Assembly: GCA_934162655.1 (NCBI GenBank)
Contig: CAKPJL010000002.1
Location: forward strand, 20,089 to 84,088
Source: an uncultured Clostridia bacterium
GTDB lineage: Bacteria > Bacillota > Clostridia > TANB77 > CAG-465
Direction: 5' to 3'
Length of the DNA: 64,000 nucleotides
The translations under genes and the position numbers were made by a program. The notes beneath the pieces were generated by a model. The model searched no databases. It had not been told where the DNA came from and was given only the letters and a program-made list of their open reading frames with translations. Shown here one piece after another: positions 38,849 to 49,516 of this stretch (position 1 is its first letter; each line of letters begins with the position of its first letter).

Positions 38849-41182
38849 TTATAAAATTACTCTTCTAATACTTTTTATATTTGCACTATTTATTTCATCC
38901 TCATCAATGTTTCTGATAGTTCTTACAAGTTTTGAAATACAATCGATGTTATCTGTTACAATATCATATATATACCCATATTCATCCTTTAATTTGTAAT
39001 TTTTATTGATACATGGTCTTGAGCACTTATCTAACTTTTTATCTCTTAGAAAACTACAAAGAACGCAATATCTAGAAGTCATAACAGTGACTTTGTCACA
39101 TAATATATCAACTGGTATGATATTTGAAATATTAATTATATCATTACTATTAATTTCAACAGATGGTGTTAATTCACTAAAACCTAATGATTTTATGAAG
39201 TTTGCACAATAAGAATTAGTAATATTTAAAGTATGGTCTGCAATAAGTGAAATATCATATTTATCTTTGTATGAATTTATCAATTCAATATACGAATAAC
39301 TCCCAAGCAAGAATCCACTAATTTTGCATTTTAAAATTTCTTCAATATTTTCTCTTATGAATTTATCTTGTTTTTCAAACACAACATTAGGTATATATAA
39401 ATATACTTTAGAATCAAAATATTTAGATACTATATTTTTTAATTTGTTAATATCATTATATATATCTGTTATACTTATATAAATTCTATCGATGTGGTCT
39501 TTATTAAATGAATCTTTGTATACTTTTTTGTAGTCAATCTTTTGATTATATTTATATATAAATAGTGAATCATTTAAATTAGTAAGTTTAGTTTTATCAA
39601 ATTCTTCGTAATTTAGTTTTAATGCTTTTTTTATATCTATATTTTTGATATTTCTTTTTATTAAAAAACAATTTTCTAATTTTTTGTCTAGATTTCTTCG
39701 AAGTTCATTTAAGATAGACACTGGAATATATATATTTTCATCTATGTCATAAAAGTTAATATTAAATTTAAATAATAATTCTTTATTTTTTGAAAGATTT
39801 GATTTTATATCATCAATTGATATACATTTATTTATTGATTTTTCAATCTTGTAGGGTACTTTTATTTCATACCTATTTTTATTTAAATAAAATCTATATA
39901 TAGGCGATTCATTTAATTTTAGTATAATATCTAAATTTATTACTCTTTTTTTATAATTATCATTGTTATTAATATTTGAATTTATACTATCATTTAATTT
40001 ATATGATGAAGTTTTATAGATTTCATCTCCAACACTAACCTTTTTTTTGATATCTCCTATAAAAGCATAGTTATCTTTTAAAATTCCTTCATTTTTTATA
40101 TTGTGAAATTCATCTTTTATACAAGTTACTATTGTAGATACTACTACACCATCATTTCCATATATTTCTATACCATCATGAAGTGCTATATCTTCTTTTA
40201 GCTTAACTTTTATAAATTTTTTATTTTGTAAGATAACTTTTCCAAGAAAAAGTCCCATGTTTTTTGGAGATTTTATAGTAATCGAGTCTTCCTTTTTTAC
40301 ACCATCTAAATAATTTGTTGACATTGCTCCCCTATTAAAAATCTGCATAAGATTTTTAGCATCATAGTCGCTAATATTTAATGAGTTATTATTAATATAC
40401 TTTTTGTATATAGAAGTAGTAAGATATACATATTGTTCTGATTTATTTCTACCTTCTATTTTTATTGAAGTAACCCCAATATCATTTAATCTTTTTATAT
40501 ATTTAATTCCAATAGTGTCTTTTTTACTAAGTAAATATGCTTTAGATATGATTTCTTTATTTTTCTCATCAAGTAAAGTATAACGCATTCTGCATGGTTG
40601 AGCACATCTTCCTCTATTAGCACTTCTTTTACCTATAAGAGCTGACATTAAGCATTGGCCAGAAAAACAAACACATAGAGCCCCATGAACGAATACTTCA
40701 ATCTCTATATCTGTATTTTTAGTTATATGCTCTATTTCATCAATACTAAGTTCGCGGGCAAGCACCACTCTTTTAAAACCTAAACTTTTCAAAAACTCAA
40801 CTTGTTCAAGACAATATACGCTCATTTGAGTACTTGCATGAAGTGCTAAATCAGGTATTAATTCATGTATTTTCATGGCAAGTCCTATATCTTGAACAAT
40901 TACCGCATCCAGTCCTGCACTATATAATTCTAAAACCAAATTTAAGGCATCAGAAAATTCATCATCAAATAATAAAGTGTTAAGAGTTAAATAAACCTTT
41001 ACATTTAAAATATGGGCTTTTAATATGCAATTTTTATATTCTTCTACATTAAAATTTTCAGCCATAATTCTTGCATTAAAATTTTCGCATCCCATATATA
41101 TTGCATCTGCCCCTGCCTTTATTGCAGCTTCAAAGCTTTTAATACTACCTGCTGGTGATAGCAGTTCTATTTTTTTATTCAT
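38849..41182 (-). CDS. U32 family peptidase-like protein (PrtC/RlhA-like) with C-terminal extension
   Basis: Start at MNKKIELLSPAG. Conserved U32 core (E...HGALC...Q) and C-terminal Cys cluster. Confidence 0.75.
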   Translation of the reverse strand: MNKKIELLSPAGSIKSFEAAIKAGADAIYMGCENFNARIMAENFNVEEYKNCILKAHILNVKVYLTLNTLLFDDEFSDALNLVLELYSAGLDAVIVQDIGLAMKIHELIPDLALHASTQMSVYCLEQVEFLKSLGFKRVVLARELSIDEIEHITKNTDIEIEVFVHGALCVCFSGQCLMSALIGKRSANRGRCAQPCRMRYTLLDEKNKEIISKAYLLSKKDTIGIKYIKRLNDIGVTSIKIEGRNKSEQYVYLTTSIYKKYINNNSLNISDYDAKNLMQIFNRGAMSTNYLDGVKKEDSITIKSPKNMGLFLGKVILQNKKFIKVKLKEDIALHDGIEIYGNDGVVVSTIVTCIKDEFHNIKNEGILKDNYAFIGDIKKKVSVGDEIYKTSSYKLNDSINSNINNNDNYKKRVINLDIILKLNESPIYRFYLNKNRYEIKVPYKIEKSINKCISIDDIKSNLSKNKELLFKFNINFYDIDENIYIPVSILNELRRNLDKKLENCFLIKRNIKNIDIKKALKLNYEEFDKTKLTNLNDSLFIYKYNQKIDYKKVYKDSFNKDHIDRIYISITDIYNDINKLKNIVSKYFDSKVYLYIPNVVFEKQDKFIRENIEEILKCKISGFLLGSYSYIELINSYKDKYDISLIADHTLNITNSYCANFIKSLGFSELTPSVEINSNDIINISNIIPVDILCDKVTVMTSRYCVLCSFLRDKKLDKCSRPCINKNYKLKDEYGYIYDIVTDNIDCISKLVRTIRNIDEDEINSANIKSIRRVIL

Positions 41183-41301
41183 AAAATCTCCTTTAATACT
41201 ATTAATTTTAGCATAAATTTTACATAAAAACAATTAAAACATTGATTTTTTACTATTTTTATTATATAATAAAACAAAATATTTTTGTGGAGGTAGGACT
41301 A

Positions 41302-41685
41302 ATGTTTAACTTTAAAGAAGATCCTGTTATTTGCAGCGAGGCAGTAACAAAATATTTTCCAAGAGATTTTTTGGAAAAAACTAGGTACATTATAGAAAAA
41401 ACAGACAAAGATATTATATCTAATTATGCAAATTGTAATATTAAATGCATTTCGGCAACTAAATTTAGGGATATCGGTTGCAAAACACATCAAATATGTT
41501 TTGTTATAAATAACTACGATATAAATAAAGCAGTAAAACTTTATTTTTATTACGGTGATGATTATACTGTAAAAATTAAATTAGAAGAGAGTGAGTTTAA
41601 TATAATGAAAATGACTTTTGTGCAACTTGAGGAGGCTACAAACATATTTATATCAATTTTAAATGTGTTATTATTTAATAGCTAA
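41302..41685 (+). CDS. hypothetical protein (127 aa)
   Basis: ATG 41302 after GGAGGTAGG. No motif recognised. Confidence 0.4.
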   Translation: MFNFKEDPVICSEAVTKYFPRDFLEKTRYIIEKTDKDIISNYANCNIKCISATKFRDIGCKTHQICFVINNYDINKAVKLYFYYGDDYTVKIKLEESEFNIMKMTFVQLEEATNIFISILNVLLFNS

Positions 41686-41727
41686 AAAGATAGAGCGAAA
41701 ACTATAATAAGTTTTCGCTTTACTTTT

Positions 41728-42474
41728 TTACTGCAATTTATTTTTTTGCCTAATTACTTCGTAAACAGAAATTGCTGTACTAACAGATGCATTTAGAGAA
41801 TTTATTTTTCCTGTCATTGGAATTTTTAGCATAACATCACAGTTATCTTTAACAAGTCTAGATATACCTTCTCCCTCATTGCCTATTACAAGACCAATTG
41901 CACCTTCTAATTTTTCATCATAAATGTTAGTTACACCCTCCATATCAAGACCATATATCCAAAGTCCATTTTCTTTAAGGTATTTTATGGTTTCTGTAAT
42001 ATTTGTAACACGAGCTACCCTAACATAAGAGCAAGCTCCAACAGCTACCTTTTCTACTGTGTCTGTAATCTGACACGCATTCCTTTTTTGTATTATTATT
42101 CCATGTACCCCCATACATTCTGCTGTTCTAATTATTGCACCTAAATTATGAGGATCTTCTATTTTATCAAGAATTATTACAAATGGTGGCTCATTTTTTG
42201 ATTTAGCATATTCTAATATGTCATCTACTTCGAAATAATTATATTCGGTAACTGATGCAACAATCCCTTGTGAATTTTTTAGTTTTTGTCCTTCTTGCGT
42301 TATCATTTGATCTAGTTTTCTTTTGTCAGCCTCAACTGTTATAATCTTTTTTTCTCTTGCTATTTTTATTAAGGAAAATATTTCTAAATTTCCTTTTTGA
42401 AAATATATCTTATTTATTGTTTTATTAGAATTTATTGCCTCTTCAACTGGATTTATTCCATAAATTAAACTCAT
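41728..42474 (-). CDS. rlmB: TrmH/SpoU-family rRNA 2'-O-methyltransferase (RlmB-like)
   Basis: SPOUT motifs including NLGAIIRTA and IPM(T)G. Confidence 0.8.
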   Translation of the reverse strand: MSLIYGINPVEEAINSNKTINKIYFQKGNLEIFSLIKIAREKKIITVEADKRKLDQMITQEGQKLKNSQGIVASVTEYNYFEVDDILEYAKSKNEPPFVIILDKIEDPHNLGAIIRTAECMGVHGIIIQKRNACQITDTVEKVAVGACSYVRVARVTNITETIKYLKENGLWIYGLDMEGVTNIYDEKLEGAIGLVIGNEGEGISRLVKDNCDVMLKIPMTGKINSLNASVSTAISVYEVIRQKNKLQ

Positions 42475-42587
42475 TTTAAAAAATCTCCTTTATTATAAAT
42501 ATAAATGGAATGGAAAAGTTCCACTCCATTTTTCTTTAGCTTTTCTAGTTCTATTATACAAAATTTAATTAATTATGTCAATAAATT

Positions 42588-44393
42588 CTATTCATCAATT
42601 TTTAAAACCGTCATAAACGCATCTTGTGGCAATTCAACTGTTCCAATTTTTCTCATTTTCTTTTTTCCTTCTTTTTGTTTTTCAAGTAGTTTTTTCTTAC
42701 GAGTTATGTCCCCACCGTAACATTTTGCTAAAACATCTTTTCTCATAGCTTTTACTGTCTCACGAGCTACTACTTTTCCACCAATAGAAGCTTGTATTGG
42801 AACTTCAAATAGTTGACGTGGTATAATTTCTTTTAGCTTTTCTGCTATTTTTCTTCCGCGAGTTTCAGCATTTTGTCTATTTACTATAAATGAAAGTGCA
42901 TCTACTACTTCTCCATTTAGCAAAATGTCTAGTTTAGAAAGATTTGATTTTTGGTATCTAGTTACTTCATATTCAAAAGAAGCATAACCTTTTGTACGAG
43001 ATTTTAGGCTATTGAAAAAGTCATATATAATTTCATTAAGTGGCATATCATATTCAAGTTCAACCCTATTTGCATCAATATAGTGCATATTTATATAATT
43101 TCCTCTTCTTTGCTCGCAAAGTTCAAATATATTTCCTACATATTCTTTTGGTGTCATAATTTTGGTTCTTGCAATTGGTTCTTCCATATAACTTATATCT
43201 GACGGATCTGGAAGTTCTGATGGATTGTAAAGTTCTAATATTTCACCATCTTTTTTGTAGACTTTATATATAACTGATGGAGCAGTAGTAATTAAATTTA
43301 AGTCGTATTCTCTTTCTAGTCTTTCCTCTATTATTTCCATGTGTAATAGACCTAAAAATCCACATCTAAATCCATGCCCAAGTGCTGATGAAGTTTCAAG
43401 TTCAAAGCTAAGCGAAGCATCATTTAGCTTTAATTTCTCAAGTGCCTCTTTTAATTCTTCATATTCTGTTCCATCAGCTGGAAATATACCAGCGTATACC
43501 ATAGACTTTACTTCTCTATATCCTGGTAGTGCCTCTTTTGTTTGATTATTTTTTAGTGTTAGAGTGTCACCTACTCTTATATCTGACACATTTTTTATAC
43601 TTGCACAAATATAGCCAACTTCACCAGAAGTCAAATTGTCTGCTTCAATATATCCACCAGGCTTAAAATATCCAAGTTCAACCACTTCATATTCTTTACC
43701 ATTTGACATAGTAATAAATGTATCACCTTTTTTGATTTTTCCATCAAATATTCTAACAAAAGCTAATGCACCTTTGTAATTATCGTATATAGAATCGAAA
43801 ATCAATGCTTTAAGTGGTAAATTAATATCACCTTTTGGTGCTGGAACTTTATTTACTATTTCTTCTAAAACTTCCTCCATATTTAGACCTGTTTTGGCAG
43901 ATACGCAAGGTGAATTCATTGCTTCAATTCCGATAATATCTTCTATTTCTTTTTTTACTTCATCTGGTCTTGCACTAGGCAAATCTATTTTATTTATTAT
44001 TGGCAAAATCTCTAAATTATTTTCAAGTGCCAAATAAACATTGGCAAGCGTTTGAGCTTCAACGCCTTGAGCAGCATCAACTACAAGCAAAGCCCCCTCA
44101 CATGCAGCAAGACTACGAGATACTTCGTAACTAAAATCCACATGTCCGGGAGTATCAATTAAATTTAAGATATATTGCTCCCCATCGTGAGCTAAATATT
44201 TCATTCTTACAGCTTGTGACTTTATAGTAATTCCTCTTTCTCTTTCTATGTCCATATTATCAAGTAACTGGTCTTTTGTTTGTCTTTTATCTATTGCACC
44301 AGTAAGCTCAAGTAATCTATCTGCAACAGTAGATTTACCATGATCAATATGAGCTATTATACTAAAATTACGTATTTTTTCTTTGTCGACCAT
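42588..44393 (-). CDS. lepA: elongation factor 4
   Basis: [18 protein letters not shown], LepA-specific C-terminal domain. Confidence 0.9.
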   Translation of the reverse strand: MVDKEKIRNFSIIAHIDHGKSTVADRLLELTGAIDKRQTKDQLLDNMDIERERGITIKSQAVRMKYLAHDGEQYILNLIDTPGHVDFSYEVSRSLAACEGALLVVDAAQGVEAQTLANVYLALENNLEILPIINKIDLPSARPDEVKKEIEDIIGIEAMNSPCVSAKTGLNMEEVLEEIVNKVPAPKGDINLPLKALIFDSIYDNYKGALAFVRIFDGKIKKGDTFITMSNGKEYEVVELGYFKPGGYIEADNLTSGEVGYICASIKNVSDIRVGDTLTLKNNQTKEALPGYREVKSMVYAGIFPADGTEYEELKEALEKLKLNDASLSFELETSSALGHGFRCGFLGLLHMEIIEERLEREYDLNLITTAPSVIYKVYKKDGEILELYNPSELPDPSDISYMEEPIARTKIMTPKEYVGNIFELCEQRRGNYINMHYIDANRVELEYDMPLNEIIYDFFNSLKSRTKGYASFEYEVTRYQKSNLSKLDILLNGEVVDALSFIVNRQNAETRGRKIAEKLKEIIPRQLFEVPIQASIGGKVVARETVKAMRKDVLAKCYGGDITRKKKLLEKQKEGKKKMRKIGTVELPQDAFMTVLKIDE

Positions 44394-44425
44394 AATATTT
44401 TCCTTTCAGTTATAATTATAATAAT

Positions 44426-44454
44426 AATTATATCAATTTTTTGTTTAAGTATCA
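44426..44454 (-). promoter_or_regulatory. consensus sigma-A promoter for lepA (TTGATA, 17 nt, TGATATAAT)
   Basis: Read on the minus strand; preceded by a terminator hairpin at 44455-44480. Confidence 0.6.
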
Positions 44455-44500
44455 AGGAAAAAAGAAAACAACATACAAAAAAATGTATGTTGTATAATAT

Positions 44501-45016
44501 TTAAATTTTTACGATAAATTCACCATTATTATTTTTAACTAAATATGCTTCTTTTTTTAGTGTTATAAATGGTCTAAAAGCAACTCTAGCATTTATTTTT
44601 TCAGTTATGTTCATATATCCGTTATTAGCAACAAATACAAGTGATTTAGAATTTTTATAAGATGTAGATGTCCAAAATCCTAAAAAATAATCACTCTTTA
44701 TTCCATCCGGTTCTTTTCTTAGTTTTTTGTAAGGACTCATAAACTGACTAACACTAGGTGCTCCTAAAGCATCATATACACAATTACACATAAACTGTTG
44801 CCAGCTCATTTTACTTTGTATGAAATCAAGCAAAGCTTGATAGTCAAAAAAATCTACATACCGTGGTACATCCACATAGTCTTTTGAAATGAGATATATG
44901 TTTCTACTGTCAGCATCAAAAATTATAAATCTTTGAGGTATATTTTCTAATATTACCTCACACCCGAAATATTTTTTAAGACCCAGTTTTACAACTCTTG
45001 CGTTAATTTTGCACAT
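44501..45016 (-). CDS. hypothetical protein (171 aa)
   Basis: ORF with a Trp/Tyr-rich C-terminal half. No recognised motif. Confidence 0.45.
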   Translation of the reverse strand: MCKINARVVKLGLKKYFGCEVILENIPQRFIIFDADSRNIYLISKDYVDVPRYVDFFDYQALLDFIQSKMSWQQFMCNCVYDALGAPSVSQFMSPYKKLRKEPDGIKSDYFLGFWTSTSYKNSKSLVFVANNGYMNITEKINARVAFRPFITLKKEAYLVKNNNGEFIVKI

Positions 45017-45103
45017 AATATGATATTCCTTTCATTTTTTACTAGCTATAAAATTTTTTAAGCTATAAATGTAATAATTAATTTAATTATAGCATATTTT
45101 ATA

Positions 45104-45904
45104 TTAAATATCAATAATTCCCTCATATGAAGTAGTTGCACTACCTGTCATATATGCTATATCATCTAATATTTCAATTTCTAGACAGCCATATTTTAAT
45201 TTAACCTTACCTTTATTTTTTACAAACCCTTTTTTATATGCTAAAAAATAAGATGCTGTACTTCCAGTACCACAGGCATAAGTGATACCAGTTCCTCTTT
45301 CATATACCGACATTTCAATTAGAGAGTTATCTATTATTCTTATAAATTCTACATTTATTCCATCTTTGAAGGCTGGACTTGTAGAAATATCTTTACCGAA
45401 TTTTAATATCTCATCTTCTGGTTTATTATAAGTAAAAAATACCAAGTGAGGATTTCCCACATTTACTATATATCCTTCATATTTTTTACCATCTAATATA
45501 GTGTTAAATGCATCTTTTATGTCTACTTTGCCCATTTTTATTTTAACATTTGATACTTTATTATTATCTACAAAAACTTCTGCATCCTTAATCCCGCTTA
45601 ATGTTTCTATCTTTATTAAGTTAGTGTTAACTAATTTATTATCATATAAATATTTTGCTACACATCTTATACCGTTTCCACACATTTTTGCCTCACTACC
45701 GTCTAAATTAAATATACGCATTTTATAATCTGCTATATTACTTTTTGAAATGACAATTATTCCATCTCCTCCAATAAATAAATTTCTATTGCTAAGTTTT
45801 ACAGATAATTCATTTAAATTTTTTAGCTTTTCTTTTTCATCATATATAAATATGTAATCATTGCCAAGACCATGCATTTTAGTAAATTTTAACATAGAAA
45901 TCAC
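45104..45904 (-). CDS. dapF: diaminopimelate epimerase
   Basis: FTKMHGLGNDY and CGNGIRC catalytic cysteine motifs. True start may be MLKF at 45895. Confidence 0.85.
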   Translation of the reverse strand: MISMLKFTKMHGLGNDYIFIYDEKEKLKNLNELSVKLSNRNLFIGGDGIIVISKSNIADYKMRIFNLDGSEAKMCGNGIRCVAKYLYDNKLVNTNLIKIETLSGIKDAEVFVDNNKVSNVKIKMGKVDIKDAFNTILDGKKYEGYIVNVGNPHLVFFTYNKPEDEILKFGKDISTSPAFKDGINVEFIRIIDNSLIEMSVYERGTGITYACGTGSTASYFLAYKKGFVKNKGKVKLKYGCLEIEILDDIAYMTGSATTSYEGIIDI

Positions 45905-45984
45905 CCCGTAATTGATTTTAATAAATTTATTGTGACTTCTATATTATATTTTTTTAAAATATATTGGTGACAAAAAAAGAACCA

Positions 45985-47052
45985 CTATATAGTGGTTCTA
46001 TCATATATACGTGCTAACCAATTTTCAGGTGTTTCATTTTGATATGTTCTTTTTAATGCGTATATATGTGAATTAAGTTTACTTGAATACGACTTAAAAT
46101 AACTTTTTGTAACCTCACTTAATTTAACAAATTCAGGACATAAATCGAGTTCATCTATTATGTCGCTTGCTGTAACCTTGTCATTTAAGATGTCTTGCAA
46201 ATAGTTTTTAAGTTGTTCTTTACAAAAAAATAAAGATATAGGATCTGGCGTATAATAATAGTTACAAAATAAAAATTGTACAAACACAGCTTCTGCAACA
46301 TTATTATAGTAATAGATACTAATTTTGTCATCTATTTTAAGTTTTAGATTAAAATTAGAATAGACATTTAGTATATCTTTTGGCTCAAAGATTGACAAAA
46401 ATTCACTTTCTACCTCTATATCATCTATTGCTTTAATAAGAGATATAAAGTCGTTTGGAAAAGTACCAAGACGCATTGTATGCTGCATGAGAGTCCTTTC
46501 AGGCAGTTTTGCTTGTGGAGTTATTAAACTATATTCCTCATATTTTTCATAAGAGATTCTTTGATTAATCTTATAGAAAAATTTATTTGCTTTTTCTAAC
46601 TGGCCTATAAGATATGTAAAATCAAAAACTCCTATTTTTTCAGATTCTAAAAGTACGCTTTTAATTCTCCTCTCATTTTTTATTATAAACTTTTCCATAT
46701 ACTTTTGAGCTGAATAAAAGTCACTAGTTTTAGGAAAACATACTTTTTTTAGTATTTGACTTGAACTGCAAGTCGATGAAATAAAAAATCCAAATTCATA
46801 CAAGGCATTAAGACAAAAAGCCTTTTCGTGTGAAGGTGGAATCAATACTTCTTCCTTTAAAACATAATCCTTCATATAGCCATAAACAACATCAAAAATG
46901 TTATTTAAAATTGTATTTACTTGGTCTTTTGATATATAACCTTTTGATACAGCTTCATTTAATAATTCCTCTACATACGAAGAATCATTAAATTTTGTAC
47001 TAATTTCTATTTCCTGTAAAGCAATATTATTCATAGTGCTTACTCCTTCCAT
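45985..47052 (-). CDS. hypothetical protein (355 aa)
   Basis: Long ORF with coding-like composition. No recognised motif. Confidence 0.45.
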   Translation of the reverse strand: MEGVSTMNNIALQEIEISTKFNDSSYVEELLNEAVSKGYISKDQVNTILNNIFDVVYGYMKDYVLKEEVLIPPSHEKAFCLNALYEFGFFISSTCSSSQILKKVCFPKTSDFYSAQKYMEKFIIKNERRIKSVLLESEKIGVFDFTYLIGQLEKANKFFYKINQRISYEKYEEYSLITPQAKLPERTLMQHTMRLGTFPNDFISLIKAIDDIEVESEFLSIFEPKDILNVYSNFNLKLKIDDKISIYYYNNVAEAVFVQFLFCNYYYTPDPISLFFCKEQLKNYLQDILNDKVTASDIIDELDLCPEFVKLSEVTKSYFKSYSSKLNSHIYALKRTYQNETPENWLARIYDRTTI

Positions 47053-47167
47053 TTTAATATAAATGAATGATAAACTTTTTTTACATAATTATTATATCAC
47101 TTTTAAAACATTATGTCAATTTTTCGTTTGATTAATTATTTATATTAAAGAAAAGTTTATATATAAT

Positions 47168-47196
47168 TTGACTTTCTCAAAATTAGGTGCTATAAT
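47168..47196 (+). promoter_or_regulatory. consensus sigma-A promoter (TTGACT, 17 nt, TATAAT)
   Basis: -35 at 47168-47173 and -10 at 47191-47196, upstream of the 47250 ORF. Confidence 0.6.
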
Positions 47197-47249
47197 ACTT
47201 TTATAGGAAATATAAAAATCATATTTCATAATTGAAAGGAGAGTTTTTT

Positions 47250-47687
47250 ATGTTTGATATAATATTACGGGAAAGTCAAAACTACTCTGTTTTAACCCTT
47301 GAAGAAGAAAAATGCTTATTAAATGTTATTCCTTACGAACTTTCACAAGAGGAAATCGGAGATTTTTGTGAAGCGGTTGAGTCTTTAAAAGATTCTATTA
47401 CATCTACTGAGTTAAACCAAAATTTGAAAATTGGAGATGTTATATCTAAAGTAGGATTTTTCGTAAGCAAAGGAATACCCTTTGAAATGGTAGTGGATTT
47501 TATGACATCAAAAGAGGCAACTTCTATCTTTTGTGAGGAAAATGAGTTTGATGCTTATTTAGCTTATAAGGGATTAGAAGGTGCAGAAGGGCATCTTTCT
47601 ACTGATGAAGACCCCATAGACAGCAAGTATGACTCGGAAATCGCCTTATGTAATTATACGAAAAGAAATTCCAAAAAAACAGCTTAA
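47250..47687 (+). CDS. hypothetical acidic protein (145 aa)
   Basis: ATG 47250 after AAAGGAGAG. Followed by a terminator at 47700-47735. Confidence 0.4.
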   Translation: MFDIILRESQNYSVLTLEEEKCLLNVIPYELSQEEIGDFCEAVESLKDSITSTELNQNLKIGDVISKVGFFVSKGIPFEMVVDFMTSKEATSIFCEENEFDAYLAYKGLEGAEGHLSTDEDPIDSKYDSEIALCNYTKRNSKKTA

Positions 47688-47699
47688 TTTTCATATAAG

Positions 47700-47735
47700 G
47701 CTCTACTAATTTAGTAGGGCTTTATTTTTTTTTTT
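47700..47735 (+). terminator. rho-independent terminator
   Basis: ctctact/agtaggg stem followed by 13 T. Confidence 0.6.
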
Positions 47736-47766
47736 AATGTGTTATAATATAATTGTGAGGTTAAAA

Positions 47767-48216
47767 ATGTTAAATATAGGAGATATAGTAAAATTAAAGG
47801 ATTCAAATTTAACAGGTGTTATAGTTTCTACTTCTTGCCTATGTGTTACAGTGAAAGTAGGTGGCGTAAAAGTAAGTACATCAAAGGATAATGTTATAAA
47901 ACAAAACGGTACTTATAAAGCTAATATGCCTAAAACTAGTATAAGTTTTACTTTAAACAAAAGTTCTAATTTTGATACTGAATTAATGCTAAGACATCAA
48001 ACTAAAGATGAGGCATTAGATAATCTTGATAAATTTATATATCAAGCACTTGTAAATAAAGTAAGCATAATAAAAATAGTACATGGAAAACATGGTGGAA
48101 TTTTAAGAAATGCTGTCCACGAGTATTTAAAAGAATCAAAATATGTTTCATCATTTCGCCTCGGATATCCACATGAAGGTAGTTATGGAGTTACTATTGC
48201 ATATCTTATAATATAA
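47767..48216 (+). CDS. Smr-domain protein
   Basis: C-terminal block VSIIKIVHGKHGGILRNAVHEYL...FRLGYPHEGSYGVT matches the Smr (MutS2 C-terminal) domain. Confidence 0.7.
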   Translation: MLNIGDIVKLKDSNLTGVIVSTSCLCVTVKVGGVKVSTSKDNVIKQNGTYKANMPKTSISFTLNKSSNFDTELMLRHQTKDEALDNLDKFIYQALVNKVSIIKIVHGKHGGILRNAVHEYLKESKYVSSFRLGYPHEGSYGVTIAYLII

Positions 48217-48261
48217 AAACAGCTTAAAATAAAGTTTATCTTAATTTTAAGCTGTTCTCTT

Positions 48262-48519
48262 TTATAATTTTTTTAACATTTCTTCTAGTGCAATAGATAA
48301 TTGGTCTGGACAAGAAGTTATTCTAAATCCGCAAGGAGTACCTTTTAGAGCTTTTATTACATCTTCTGCTTTCATACCCTTTACTAGTTTTGATATACCA
48401 GCAGTATTTCCAGCACATCCTCCGATAACTTTTACATCATTTATTACATGTGTTTTATCATCCATATCTATTTGCATTTGTCTTGAACATACTCCTTCTG
48501 GAATGTATGTGTATTTCAT
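48262..48519 (-). CDS. TSCPD-domain protein
   Basis: IGGCAGNTAGI...GTPCGFRITSCPDQL matches the TSCPD domain found in RNR-associated proteins. Confidence 0.6.
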   Translation of the reverse strand: MKYTYIPEGVCSRQMQIDMDDKTHVINDVKVIGGCAGNTAGISKLVKGMKAEDVIKALKGTPCGFRITSCPDQLSIALEEMLKKL

Positions 48520-48542
48520 ATCTATCTCCCCTTTATTATATA

Positions 48543-49487
48543 TTATGCTTTATTTTTAGAACATAATACATCGTTTATTTTATGAGATACCATATTTTTT
48601 ACTGCTTCTCTTGCTTTGCTAAGATAAGTTCTTGGGTCGAATACTTCTGGATTTTCAAAGAAGCATTCCCTAATATTTGCTGTAAGAGCAAGTCTTATAT
48701 CAGAATCAATGTTTATTTTACATACTGCCATTTGTCCAGCCTTTTTTAATAGTTCTTCTGGAACGCCTTTTGCACCAGGGATATTACCACCATACTTATT
48801 GCACTTTTCAACAAATTCTTGTGGTACAGAAGAAGCACCATGAAGCACTATTGGGAAGCCAGGTAACCTATTTGATATCTCTTCTAATATGTCATATCTA
48901 AGTCTTGGTTCACCTTTAAACTTGTATGCACCATGGCTTGTTCCAATTGCAATAGCAAGACTATCACATCCTGTTCTTTTTACAAATTCTACTGCTTCAT
49001 CTGGATTTGTATACATAGCATCATCGCTTGATACATTAACATCATCTTCAATTCCAGCCAATTTTCCAATTTCTGCTTCAACTGTAACACCATGTGCATG
49101 TGCATATTCCACTACTTTTTTCGTTAAACTAACATTTTCTTCAAATGGATATTTAGATCCATCAATCATAACAGAAGTAAATCCATTATCAATACAATCC
49201 TTACAAATTTCAAAGTCTGCACCATGGTCTAGATGAAGAGCAACTGGAATATCAATTCCTTTTTGTTTGTTTACCTCAAGGGCAGCCTCTACTAATTTTT
49301 TTAAATAAATTGGATTTGCATATTTTCTAGCACCAGCAGAAACTTGCAAAATAACTGGTGAATTATTTTCTGCTGCTGCCTCCATAATTCCTTGAATAAT
49401 TTCCATATTATTTACATTAAATGCACCTACTGCATACCCACCTTCATATGCTTTTTTTAACATTTCTTTTGTTGTAACAAGTCCCAT
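48543..49487 (-). CDS. fba: class II fructose-bisphosphate aldolase
   Basis: GYAVGAFNVNN, LHLDHG, zinc-binding histidines. Start at MGLVTTKEM (GGAGG upstream). Confidence 0.9.
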   Translation of the reverse strand: MGLVTTKEMLKKAYEGGYAVGAFNVNNMEIIQGIMEAAAENNSPVILQVSAGARKYANPIYLKKLVEAALEVNKQKGIDIPVALHLDHGADFEICKDCIDNGFTSVMIDGSKYPFEENVSLTKKVVEYAHAHGVTVEAEIGKLAGIEDDVNVSSDDAMYTNPDEAVEFVKRTGCDSLAIAIGTSHGAYKFKGEPRLRYDILEEISNRLPGFPIVLHGASSVPQEFVEKCNKYGGNIPGAKGVPEELLKKAGQMAVCKINIDSDIRLALTANIRECFFENPEVFDPRTYLSKAREAVKNMVSHKINDVLCSKNKA

Positions 49488-49516
49488 ATATATATACCTC
49501 CTAAAATTCAAACTTA

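Noticed and set aside
41183-41233. 17-codon 5' extension of the U32 peptidase ORF, and similar extensions on dapA (36410), prmC (4415), rsmI (52515), fba (49511) and smr (47737)
   Set aside because: In each case an internal ATG with a canonical SD matches the conserved protein N-terminus. The upstream codons are non-conserved or lack an RBS.
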